Assembly (NCBI GenBank): GCA_016874755.1
Contig: VGTH01000005.1
Coordinates: forward strand, 51,547-115,546
Reading direction: 5' to 3'
Origin: Deltaproteobacteria bacterium
GTDB lineage: Bacteria; Desulfobacterota; Binatia; UBA9968
Length of the DNA stretch: 64,000 nt
The position numbers were made by a program, and so were the translations under genes. The notes under the pieces were generated by a model, which searched no databases, was not told the DNA's origin, and was given only the letters and a program-made list of their open reading frames with translations. Shown here in pieces: positions 8,704 through 17,430 of the stretch (position 1 is the stretch's first letter; every line of letters begins with the position of its first letter).

Positions 8704-10261
8704 TTTTGCTTCTTAAGCGGAATCTCTGAATCTTACCTGTAACCGTCTTCGGCAGGTCGTCGACGAACTCAACCCAACGCGGATACTTATAGGGCTGGAG
8801 TTTCGCTTTGACGTGGTTTTGCAATTCAATGCGCAACTGGTCGCTGGCTTTAAACTCGCTCTTGAGCAGCACGAAAGCTTTCGGCTTGAGCAGGCCGTCG
8901 GAGTCGGTGTCGCCGATGACGCCGGACTCCAAAACTGCCGGATGTTCCATCAAGATGTTTTCAATTTCAATCGGCGAGACCCACAGGCCGCCGACCTTCA
9001 TCATGTCGTCGGAGCGGCCGCAGTACCAATAGTAGCCCTCGGCATCTCGGTAGTAGGTGTCGCCGGTCTTGAGCCACTCGCCCTGCATCATGCGTTTGGT
9101 CTGCTCGTGTTTGTTCCAATAATAAACCGCGTTGGCGTCGCCTTTGACCAGCAAGTTGCCGGTTTCACCCACCGGGACTTCGCGACCGTCGTCGTCGACG
9201 ATCTTGGCTTCGAAGGCTGGCGTCACTTCGCCGCTGCTGCCGGCTTTGGCTCGGCCCGGTCGGTTGGCCAAGAAATCGTGGGTCGCTTCGGTGGAGCCGA
9301 CGACGTCGAGTAATTCCAAGCCGGTTTTTTCTTTCCATTGGTGGAATAGAGCCGGCGGCAGCGGTTCGCCGGAGGACAGGCAGATGCGCAGCGAGCTCAT
9401 GTCGTATTTTTTTTTGATGCGGAGAAACCTGGCAAACAGCGTTGGTACTGAAAAAAAGAAGGTCGGTTTATACTTGTCGATGACCTGAAGAATTTTTTCC
9501 GGATCGGGCTTTTCCGGCCAAAGTACTGTCGAAGCACCGAAGCGGAAGGGGAAGTACAAAGAATTCCCCAAGCCGTAGGAGAAAAACATCTTTGATGCCG
9601 AAAAGCACAGGTCGTTCTCGTTCATGCTCAACACTGGCTTCACAAACAGATCGCTGATGTTGATCATGTCGTGCTGCAGGTGCACGGCACCCTTCGGGCT
9701 GCCGGTGCTGCCGGACGTATAGCCCCAGAAGCAGACATCGTCTTTGGTGGTCTTCGCGGCTTCGAGCTTGTCCGAGCTTTGGGCGATCAGCTTCTCATAC
9801 GATAGCGCCTTACCCATGGGCGTGCCGACGACGACGATGTGTTTTAAGAATGGCGTGTTGTCCCAGATCTTCTCGATCTCAGGCAGCGTCGACTCGTGCA
9901 CGACAATGGCGCGAGCGCGGCTGTCGTTGATCAGATATTCGTAATCCTTGGCGAACATCCAAGGATTGGTCGGCACGGCGACGGCGCCGATCTTGATGGC
10001 GCCGAAGAAGGTGTAAGCAAATTCCGGCGAATCCGGCAGAATCACCAGCACGCGGTTTTCGATCTCGATGCCAAGATCTTTCAGCGCATTGCCGGTGCGG
10101 TTAACGTTGGCAAAAACTTGTTGATAGGTGATCTTCTGGTCTTGGTAGTAGATGGCGACTTTGCCGCCACGCCCCTGTTTGATGTTTTCATCAACAAAGG
10201 TCGTGGCGGCGTTGTAGATGTCGGGTAAATCGACGTTCATCCTAATGATTTCAGATTCCAA
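8693..10261 (-). CDS. benzoate-CoA ligase family AMP-forming acyl-CoA synthetase
   Basis: YTSGSTGSPKGAVH, GEWLKTGDTYYRD and the C-terminus PYKYPRWVEFVDDLPKTVTGKIQRFRLR closely resemble BadA/BclA-type ligases. True start could be the internal MNVDLPDIYN. Confidence 0.9.
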   Translation of the reverse strand: MESEIIRMNVDLPDIYNAATTFVDENIKQGRGGKVAIYYQDQKITYQQVFANVNRTGNALKDLGIEIENRVLVILPDSPEFAYTFFGAIKIGAVAVPTNPWMFAKDYEYLINDSRARAIVVHESTLPEIEKIWDNTPFLKHIVVVGTPMGKALSYEKLIAQSSDKLEAAKTTKDDVCFWGYTSGSTGSPKGAVHLQHDMINISDLFVKPVLSMNENDLCFSASKMFFSYGLGNSLYFPFRFGASTVLWPEKPDPEKILQVIDKYKPTFFFSVPTLFARFLRIKKKYDMSSLRICLSSGEPLPPALFHQWKEKTGLELLDVVGSTEATHDFLANRPGRAKAGSSGEVTPAFEAKIVDDDGREVPVGETGNLLVKGDANAVYYWNKHEQTKRMMQGEWLKTGDTYYRDAEGYYWYCGRSDDMMKVGGLWVSPIEIENILMEHPAVLESGVIGDTDSDGLLKPKAFVLLKSEFKASDQLRIELQNHVKAKLQPYKYPRWVEFVDDLPKTVTGKIQRFRLRSKSSG

Positions 10262-10295
10262 ATTATCTGGAATCTTGAATCTGTAATTTGGAATG
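10245..10295. repeat. related AT-rich palindromic word repeat between the ALDH and CoA-ligase genes
   Basis: gatttcagattccaaattatctggaatcttgaatctgtaatttggaat contains nested inverted repeats (ttccaaatta / taatttggaa; cagattc / gaatctg). Confidence 0.55.
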
Positions 10296-10308
10296 GCGCC
10301 GCAGGCGC

Positions 10309-11781
10309 CTATTCGCCGCCGATGATCTCGCCTTCGACGTCGGTGGCGATGACCACCGACTTGGAATCGGTGTAGTGCTCGATCGCTTCGTCGCCGTGTT
10401 CCTTGCCGAGACCGCTCTGTTTGACGCCGCCGAAGGGCAGCTCGTCGTAGATGATCTGGGCGGAGTTGACCCAGGTGTAGCCGGCTTCGATGTTCTCGGC
10501 GCCATACATCGCCCGATTGATGTCGCGGGTCCAGATCGAGGAGCCCAAACCGAAGATCGAGCCGTTGGCTTGCTCGATGGCCTGTTCCAGGTTTTTCACA
10601 CGCACGATCGGTAGTGCCGGGCCGAAGACCTCTTCTTGGATCATGCGCGAGGCCGGGTCGACATCGGCGACCAGGGTCGGCTGATAGTAGAAGCCTTTGT
10701 CGTACTCACCGCCCGTAGGCCGTTGGCCACCGGCGACGATCTTGCCGCCGCGCTTCACGGCGTCTTCGACTTGCTCTTCGACTTCTTGGCGCTGTTCTTT
10801 GGTATGCAGCGGGCCCATGAGGACGCCTTTACCCAAACCGTTGCCGACGCTGATCTTCTTGGCTTTCTCGGCGAGCTTGCCGATGAATTCGTCGGCGATG
10901 CTGTCGAACAAGTACAAACGTTTCACCGCCAAGCAGGCCTGGCCGCAGTTAAAGAAACGGCCGACCGAGGCGGCGCTGACGGCGCGATCGAGATCGGCAT
11001 CGTCGCACACGATCATCGGGTCGCTGCCGCCCAGTTCCAAGGTGACATGTTTGAAATCTTTCGCTGCCGACTGCATGACGCGGCGGCCGGTGTCGGTGGC
11101 GCCGGTGAAGCCGATTTTTCGGACGGTCGGATTCACGAGTAATTCTTCACCGACGACGCTGCCGGGGCCGGTGACGACGTTCAACACGCCTTTGGGACCG
11201 CCAGCGTCTTGGATGGCTTTGTCGATGATCAAGCAGGTCGCAAGATCGGTGAGCGGTGTAGTGCCGGCCGGTTTGACGACTACGCAGTTGCCGGCCAGCA
11301 GCGCTGGACCGAGCTTGTTGCCCATTAGAGACACGGGAAAATTCCACGGCACGATGGAACCGCAAACGCCGAGGGGCTTGCGCAGCACGAGGCCATGGCG
11401 GCCGGTGTCGAGCATCACCGCGCTGGTGCGCATGGTTTTAGCCATGCCGCCGTAATGATCCAAGGTGTGCACGAAGCGGCGGATTTCCAGGATCGACTCG
11501 CGCATCGGCTTGCCTTGCTCTTTGGTCAGCAAAGTCGCGAGCTCGCGCTCCTGTTGGAGGATCGTATGGCCGGCGGCCAACAAAACTGCGCCCCGTTTGG
11601 ACGGCGCCATGTGCGACCATTTTTTCAGGGCGCCCGCAGCGGCGTCGATGGCGCGTTGAATATCTTTAATGGTTCCTTTGGGAACGCTGTCGACGAGTTC
11701 TCCGGTGGCAGGGTTGTTGACCTTGGTGGTTTCTTTGCTTTCCGAATCGACCTGCTCGCCGGCAATTAACATTTGTGCCAT
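10309..11781 (-). CDS. NAD(P)-dependent aldehyde dehydrogenase
   Basis: ELGGSDPMIV and FFNCGQACLAVKR catalytic-Cys motifs. Start at MAQMLIAGEQV, which is preceded by ggaggaagcat. Confidence 0.92.
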   Translation of the reverse strand: MAQMLIAGEQVDSESKETTKVNNPATGELVDSVPKGTIKDIQRAIDAAAGALKKWSHMAPSKRGAVLLAAGHTILQQERELATLLTKEQGKPMRESILEIRRFVHTLDHYGGMAKTMRTSAVMLDTGRHGLVLRKPLGVCGSIVPWNFPVSLMGNKLGPALLAGNCVVVKPAGTTPLTDLATCLIIDKAIQDAGGPKGVLNVVTGPGSVVGEELLVNPTVRKIGFTGATDTGRRVMQSAAKDFKHVTLELGGSDPMIVCDDADLDRAVSAASVGRFFNCGQACLAVKRLYLFDSIADEFIGKLAEKAKKISVGNGLGKGVLMGPLHTKEQRQEVEEQVEDAVKRGGKIVAGGQRPTGGEYDKGFYYQPTLVADVDPASRMIQEEVFGPALPIVRVKNLEQAIEQANGSIFGLGSSIWTRDINRAMYGAENIEAGYTWVNSAQIIYDELPFGGVKQSGLGKEHGDEAIEHYTDSKSVVIATDVEGEIIGGE

Positions 11782-11917
11782 ATGCTTCCTCCGTTCGATT
11801 TCAGAACTCCAAGACAAATCATGTTCATAGGTGGAAGTCAAGAATTTGCGGCGGCGCGAAGCTTTGCGACGAAGCCTGGCTATGCTATGGGATTGCGGTA
11901 CTTTAAGGAGACTCCCA

Positions 11918-13066
11918 ATGGCGCGAAACGGCTACAAAATCTTTGATGCCGATACCCATGTCCGCCCCGATGCCGACTTGCTCGAGCCCCACATGGCGGC
12001 TGCAGAGCGCGCCAAGTTGGCCCAGTACGAAAAATTTCGCGCCAAAAACAAAGACGGCGCGGTCACTTATTTAATGGGCGAGCGCTCCTACAAGCGGCGG
12101 CTGGGCTTGGCCGCGGACGCGACGCCAGAGAAAAACGAATACATGAGCGGCTACAAACGGCACCAGCACGGCAAGCCCAACCCGCTATGTGAGCGCGACC
12201 CGGCCGTGCGCATCGAAGACATGGATCGCGAAGGCGTCGACGTCAATCTCATGCTGCCGTCGGGTTGGTTCGGCTGTTGGACGACGATTGACGACGTGAG
12301 TCTTGAGACCGCGGTCTACGAAGCCTATCACCGTTGGATGGCGGACTATTGCGCGCAATTTCCAAGCCGCTTAAAAGGCGTGATCCTGGTGGCGGCGCGC
12401 GATATCAAAACTTCCCTGGCGGAGTTGCATCGCGCTGCCAAAGAGTCCTGGCCTTTGGCTGTGTTTGTCTACGCACCCTATCAATTTCCGCTCGACCATC
12501 CCGACCTGGAACCAATCTGGCAAGCGGCGGCCGATTACGATCTGTCGATTGCGCTGCACACCTTCACTGTCATGCCACCCTACGCGCCGGGCGGGCTCGA
12601 TTCTTGGGACAACCTCTGGCTGCAGCGCTCGGCGGCGCACCCCTGGTGCGGTCAGCGCAACATGGCGTCGATCATCGGCGCTGGCATAATGGACCGCTAC
12701 CCGAACATCCGCGTCGGTACGTTGGAGGCAGGCCACGGTTGGCTACCGGCCTGGGTCAATCGCCTGGAAGAGCACACCAAGCTCTGTCCCGAGGCGTTGC
12801 CGCCGCTCAAGCAAACGATTCGCGACTATGTGACTGGCGGCCGCTATTTCCAGAGCATCGAGGTTTCTGAAGGCGCGGCGATCACCCAGGGCGTGATCGA
12901 TCTCCTCGGCCCCGATGTGCTCATGTTCGGCTCGGACTATCCACACGGTGAGAGCTGGTTTCCGGTGTCGGTGGAGAGCGTGCTCGGCTGGAAGCTAAAA
13001 GACAGCGATATGCGCAAACTGATGTGGGACAACGCGCTGCGCTATTACCGGCGCTACTCGGAATGA
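11918..13066 (+). CDS. amidohydrolase-2 (ACMSD/LigW-like metal-dependent hydrolase/decarboxylase) family protein
   Basis: MARNGYKIFDADTHV N-terminus and the TIM-barrel His/Asp pattern. RBS aaggag lies 7 nt upstream of the ATG. Confidence 0.85.
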   Translation: MARNGYKIFDADTHVRPDADLLEPHMAAAERAKLAQYEKFRAKNKDGAVTYLMGERSYKRRLGLAADATPEKNEYMSGYKRHQHGKPNPLCERDPAVRIEDMDREGVDVNLMLPSGWFGCWTTIDDVSLETAVYEAYHRWMADYCAQFPSRLKGVILVAARDIKTSLAELHRAAKESWPLAVFVYAPYQFPLDHPDLEPIWQAAADYDLSIALHTFTVMPPYAPGGLDSWDNLWLQRSAAHPWCGQRNMASIIGAGIMDRYPNIRVGTLEAGHGWLPAWVNRLEEHTKLCPEALPPLKQTIRDYVTGGRYFQSIEVSEGAAITQGVIDLLGPDVLMFGSDYPHGESWFPVSVESVLGWKLKDSDMRKLMWDNALRYYRRYSE

Positions 13067-13992
13067 ACATGCCAAGCCAGGGATTGAAGCTCAGAAAACT
13101 TCTCGCGCGCAGGGGCAAAGTGCTGGCGATCTTGGGTGCGCCCAATGCCTTTCATGGCAAGATCATGGAAGCCAACGGCGTCGAGGCCTGCTTCGTCGGC
13201 ACCAGCATCACGGGTGGCAACTATACCGGGCTCCCGGATCTCGGCATTCTCTCGCTGCCCGAGTGCGTCGGCTTTGCCAAATGGATCGCCCGCGCGGTGA
13301 AAATTCCCGTTATCCTCGACGGCGACACCGGCCACGGCGGCATCATGGCGGTACGCCGCCTGGTGCGCGAGTGCATCGAGGCGGGCCTTGGCGGACTGCG
13401 CTTGGACGATCAACCGCTCGATCAAAAACGGCGCACCGGCTCCGCGGGAATCTCGATCATCTCGCGCGAAGACGCGGTCACGCGCTATCGCGTCGCGGTG
13501 GATGCAAAAAATGAAATCGATCGCAATTTTGTCATCATGGCGCAGTGCTACGCGCGCAATGCCGTCAATGGCGGCATGGCGGAGCTGCTAAAGCGGCTGC
13601 GGCTCTACGAAACCGCCGGCGGCGCCGACTGGGTGCAATTCGAGTCGCCGCACTCCGTTGCCGAAATCAAACGGGCGCGGCGAGTGATTAAGGGCCCATT
13701 CTCGGCGATGAAAGGGCAACTGCCGCGCGCGTTGACTTTGGCAGAGCACAAAGAACTTGGATTGAACGCCGCGTGGTACACATTTTTACCTGACCAGGTG
13801 CTCAAAACCGCCGCATGGTCGTTCTTTCAAGAATTTAAGAAAAAAGACGTGCGCGCCTGGGACGAGCTGGCGCAGAAAAATGGCGCGACCCCTTTCACCG
13901 GCGGCGCGAAGCTGCCGTGGGATGCGACGGGTATGACGGAAATGAGTCAGCTTGAAGCGAAGTATGTAGCGAAGCGTGGCCGGAGATCATGA
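13063..13992 (+). CDS. isocitrate lyase/PEP mutase family protein, second copy
   Basis: KVLAILGAPNAFHGKIMEANGVEACFVGTSI...ILDGDTGHGG. Start overlaps the upstream stop (ATGA). Confidence 0.75.
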   Translation: MNMPSQGLKLRKLLARRGKVLAILGAPNAFHGKIMEANGVEACFVGTSITGGNYTGLPDLGILSLPECVGFAKWIARAVKIPVILDGDTGHGGIMAVRRLVRECIEAGLGGLRLDDQPLDQKRRTGSAGISIISREDAVTRYRVAVDAKNEIDRNFVIMAQCYARNAVNGGMAELLKRLRLYETAGGADWVQFESPHSVAEIKRARRVIKGPFSAMKGQLPRALTLAEHKELGLNAAWYTFLPDQVLKTAAWSFFQEFKKKDVRAWDELAQKNGATPFTGGAKLPWDATGMTEMSQLEAKYVAKRGRRS

Positions 13993-15035
13993 ATATGTAC
14001 TTGTTGTCGTTGGTGACTTCTTTCATTCTCTTAGGCGCGTCGCTTGCCAGCGCCCAGAGCGATTTCTATCGCGGCAAGCAAATGAAAATCGTCGTCGGCG
14101 CGTCGGCCGGAGCCGCGAGTGATCTCTACGCCCGGGCAGTGGCACAGCATCTGCCAAAGCAGATCCCGGGCAAGCCCGAAGTCATTGTGCAAAACATGCC
14201 GGGAGGTGGTTCGCTCACCGCGGCAAACTATGTATACAGCGTCGCCAAACCGGACGGACTTACCCTCGGCGCAGTGACCGCGCCGATCTACTTCGCGCAG
14301 CTCTTGGGCCGCAAGGAAGTGCAGTTCGATTGGGCCAAGTTCACGTGGATCGGCACGCCGGAAGAAAACGACGAGCTGTTTTTCCTGCGTGCCGATCAGC
14401 CGTACAAGACGTTGTTCGATTTGCGCAAGGCGAGCGAAGCGCCGCGCTGCGGCGCGTCGGGGGTTGGCAGCACCGGATTTTACATTCCAAAATTGCTCGA
14501 AGAGATATTCGGCGTGAAGATTAACATGGTCACCGGCTATCCGGGCGCGGCGGACATCGATATCGCCGTGGAGAAAAACGAAGTGCATTGCCGCGGCACG
14601 ACGATCAGTGCCTTTTTCGGCCGCGAGCCGGGAAAAACTTGGGCGAAGAACGGCTTTGTCCGGTTCCTGGTTCAGACCGGGGATAAACGCAGCCATCGCT
14701 TGCCCGACACACCGACGATCTGGGAACTGATGGATCAAGAGAAGAGCGACAAGAGTATCGATGCGAAAAAGCGCTTGGCGCGGGTCGTGTTAGGTCCCGG
14801 TGCCTTTGGCCGGCCGATCTTGGCGACGCCGGGGATTCCATCCGACCGCGTAAAGATTTTGCGCGACGCCTATGTGAACATGCTCAAAGACGCAGAGTTT
14901 GTCGCTGAAGCAAAAAAGCGCCAATGGGAAATCGCGCCGGTGAGCGGCGAGCGGCTCGAAGCCTTGGCAAGGGAAGTGATCAATCAGCCTGCGGATATCG
15001 TGGAGCGCATGAAAAAAGTCATGGGTGAGTCTTAA
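13989..15035 (+). CDS. tripartite tricarboxylate transporter substrate-binding protein (TctC/Bug family), orphan
   Basis: Signal peptide followed by KQMKIVVGASAGAASDLYARAVAQHLPKQIPGKPEVIVQNMPGGGS, aligning with the TctC core. No tctA or tctB nearby. Confidence 0.72.
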   Translation: MNMYLLSLVTSFILLGASLASAQSDFYRGKQMKIVVGASAGAASDLYARAVAQHLPKQIPGKPEVIVQNMPGGGSLTAANYVYSVAKPDGLTLGAVTAPIYFAQLLGRKEVQFDWAKFTWIGTPEENDELFFLRADQPYKTLFDLRKASEAPRCGASGVGSTGFYIPKLLEEIFGVKINMVTGYPGAADIDIAVEKNEVHCRGTTISAFFGREPGKTWAKNGFVRFLVQTGDKRSHRLPDTPTIWELMDQEKSDKSIDAKKRLARVVLGPGAFGRPILATPGIPSDRVKILRDAYVNMLKDAEFVAEAKKRQWEIAPVSGERLEALAREVINQPADIVERMKKVMGES

Positions 15036-15081
15036 GAAGGCAAGAGGCAGCAGGCAACAGACAATAGGTTAGGAGAGTTTC

Positions 15082-15954
15082 ATGGATTTTTCGAAATACA
15101 TAGTAAAGGCACGCCCCGGCGTGCTCGGCGGCAAGCATGAAGAGAAACGGCCGTTGAGGCAATTGGCCGCGATGCCAGTCAAGCGGCATATTTTTATCAA
15201 CCGCGATTCGTATCCCGACGCGGATATTTACGTGGCCATTCACGAGGCCAAGGATTTGCCATCGCCGGTTCCCGATTATCAGGTGCCGCACTGCCACAAC
15301 ACGGATGAATTTTATTACTTCATCGGCAACAATCCCGATCTCACTGGCCTGGAAGGACAAATCATTTTCGAAGGCAAGGTGCACAAGATCGTTTCGCCGG
15401 CGTGTGTTTATATTCCCACGGGCGCGGGACACGAATACAAAGTCACGAAGGGAGCCGGCACCGTGACCGTGTTGTTTCGTAACCGCGGCTATACCCACGA
15501 AGATAAACCGTTTGATCTCGCCAAGGGCGAGCGCGATTTCGCCAAATACGCCAGCTATATTTTTGCCCCCGAAGCGCGGGCGACCACAGAGATCAAATAT
15601 CACACCGACGCAGCGCCGGGGGTGCGCTACGTTTTTGTCGACGGCAAGTTAAAACCGGAAGCGGGATTTTACACCGTCGTGCGCAGTGTGCAGAACGTGC
15701 AACCGACGCAAGCGAACTATGTCGAGATGCACACGCACAACTGCGACACGCAGCATATCGCGATCGGCAACGGACCCGAGCTGACGGGATTAAAGATCGA
15801 ATTTCAAATCCGCGACGACAAAATCGTCGTTGAAAGCCCGATGGGCGTAAACATCCCGGCCGGGACGCCGCACTCGCAGCGCATCATCGAAGGCACGGGG
15901 CATTTTTTCAACTTTGTGCCGAAGAGTTTCTACAACGACGGTTTGGTGAGCTGA
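15082..15954 (+). CDS. bicupin protein (two tandem cupin domains)
   Basis: Internal duplication: PHCHNTDEFYYFIGNNPDLTGLEG...GAGHEY versus MHTHNCDTQHIAIGNGPELTGLK...AGTPHSQ. Confidence 0.7.
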   Translation: MDFSKYIVKARPGVLGGKHEEKRPLRQLAAMPVKRHIFINRDSYPDADIYVAIHEAKDLPSPVPDYQVPHCHNTDEFYYFIGNNPDLTGLEGQIIFEGKVHKIVSPACVYIPTGAGHEYKVTKGAGTVTVLFRNRGYTHEDKPFDLAKGERDFAKYASYIFAPEARATTEIKYHTDAAPGVRYVFVDGKLKPEAGFYTVVRSVQNVQPTQANYVEMHTHNCDTQHIAIGNGPELTGLKIEFQIRDDKIVVESPMGVNIPAGTPHSQRIIEGTGHFFNFVPKSFYNDGLVS

Positions 15955-16010
15955 GGGAAGTGTTGGGTTACGCTGCGCTAACCCAACCTACGCAGATGTG
16001 TCTCTCGGAA

Positions 16011-16037
16011 CTCCTTCCCCCGGGGCGGGGGAAGGAG
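16011..16037. terminator. GC-rich perfect hairpin after the bicupin gene
   Basis: ctccttcccccg gggc gggggaaggag. It is preceded by a second hairpin ggttgggttacgctgcgctaacccaacc at 15961-15990. Confidence 0.45.
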
Positions 16038-16083
16038 CTGTGACTCCGCGGAACCTAAGCAAGCTATTTTAGAAGGAGAAAAG

Positions 16084-17405
16084 ATGAAACCGCCGAAGGA
16101 TATTTTTCCTGTAGTTCTTACAACGTTTTTGTTTGCCATCGTAGCACAGGCCGCCTTCGCCCAAAGCAACCCACGCTACATCCGCTTTGCCGGCGTGCCG
16201 AGCGCGGTCAAGGGCGCGCTCTATGCGCCGGACGCGCCACAAAAGCCACCGCATGTGGCGATACTTGTCATTCACCGCGCGTCGAATTTTATGAACACGC
16301 TCGCCTGCACCGAGTTATCGCAGCGCGGTTTCCTCGTGCTGTGCATGAACCCGCGCTCGGACAACAACGAGGCGCTGGTGCGCTGGGAGAGACCATGCCT
16401 CTCGACGTCAAGGCCGGCATGGAGTTTCTCAAGAAACAGCCGGGTGTTACGAAAATACTTCTCTGGGGATTCAGCGGCGGCGGACCGACAACGACCTTTT
16501 ATCAGAACGTCGCTGAAAACGGCGTATCGGTCTGCCAAGGGCCGAAGAAGCTGGTCCAATGCGGTGATGACCTCGCCGGTCTGCCGAAAGCGGACGGTCT
16601 GATTCTTGTCGATGCTCATCCTGGCAACCCCGTGAACGGCATTCGCAGCTTGAATCCGGCGGTCACCGACGAGAGTCGGCCCGATCTGCTCAATCCCGAC
16701 CTCGATCTGTACAATCCCAAAAATGGTTACAACCCCAAAGGGCCGTCGACCTATTCTGAGGAATTCAAAAAGAAATACTTCCGCGCCCAGGCCGAGCGCA
16801 TGAACCGGTTGATCGAGAAAGCGCTGGCTATGCAGCGGCAGATGAAAGACGGCAAGTACATGTATCCCGACGATGACGCTTTTCTAATCGTGCGCGGCGA
16901 AAACGCGCGGCTGATGCAGCTCGATCCGGGCGTTCACGCGACGACAGCAAAGCCGCAAAAGCTGATCAAGAACGACGGCACAGTCATTACTGAAATCGTC
17001 AAGAGCGTGCGCGTGCCGAATTTACGATCGGCGCAGCAAAATGCGCAATTTGAAAACGGCACGCGGTTGTTAACCGTCAAGTCGTTCCTGAGCGCCAACG
17101 CGGTGCGGGGGACCGACTCCATGGACGGCATTGATCACTGTTCGAGCAACAATTCGCCGCCGTGCCACCTGCCGCAGATCACTGTGCCGACGCTAATCAC
17201 GGCGATGGGCGGGCACTATTTCATCCGCGACAATGAGATTCACTACGAGCTATCCGGCGCCAAGGACAAAGATTACGTGGTCATCGAAGGCGCCGAGCAC
17301 GGGCAGACGCCTTGCAGACCTTGTGAAACCACGCCGGGTCAGTATGGCAACAGCGTCAAGAACCACTACGACTACGTACGTGATTGGATCAACAAACGGT
17401 TTTGA
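16084..17405 (+). pseudogene. secreted alpha/beta hydrolase split by a frameshift near 16385
   Basis: ORF 16084..16602 carries the signal peptide and an HG-type motif (VAILVIH). ORF 16341..17405 in another frame carries the nucleophile elbow GFSGGG and the remainder of the fold. The join is around ...NEALVRWE | MPLDVKAGMEF. Confidence 0.6.
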
Positions 17406-17430
17406 GCAGCAGTCCAATGCGGCAGGGATG

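Noticed and set aside
12334-12870. 178-aa Arg-rich ORF in an alternative frame of the amidohydrolase gene 11918-13066
   Set aside because: Same-strand out-of-frame ORF typical of high-GC coding DNA. The amidohydrolase frame has the conserved motifs.
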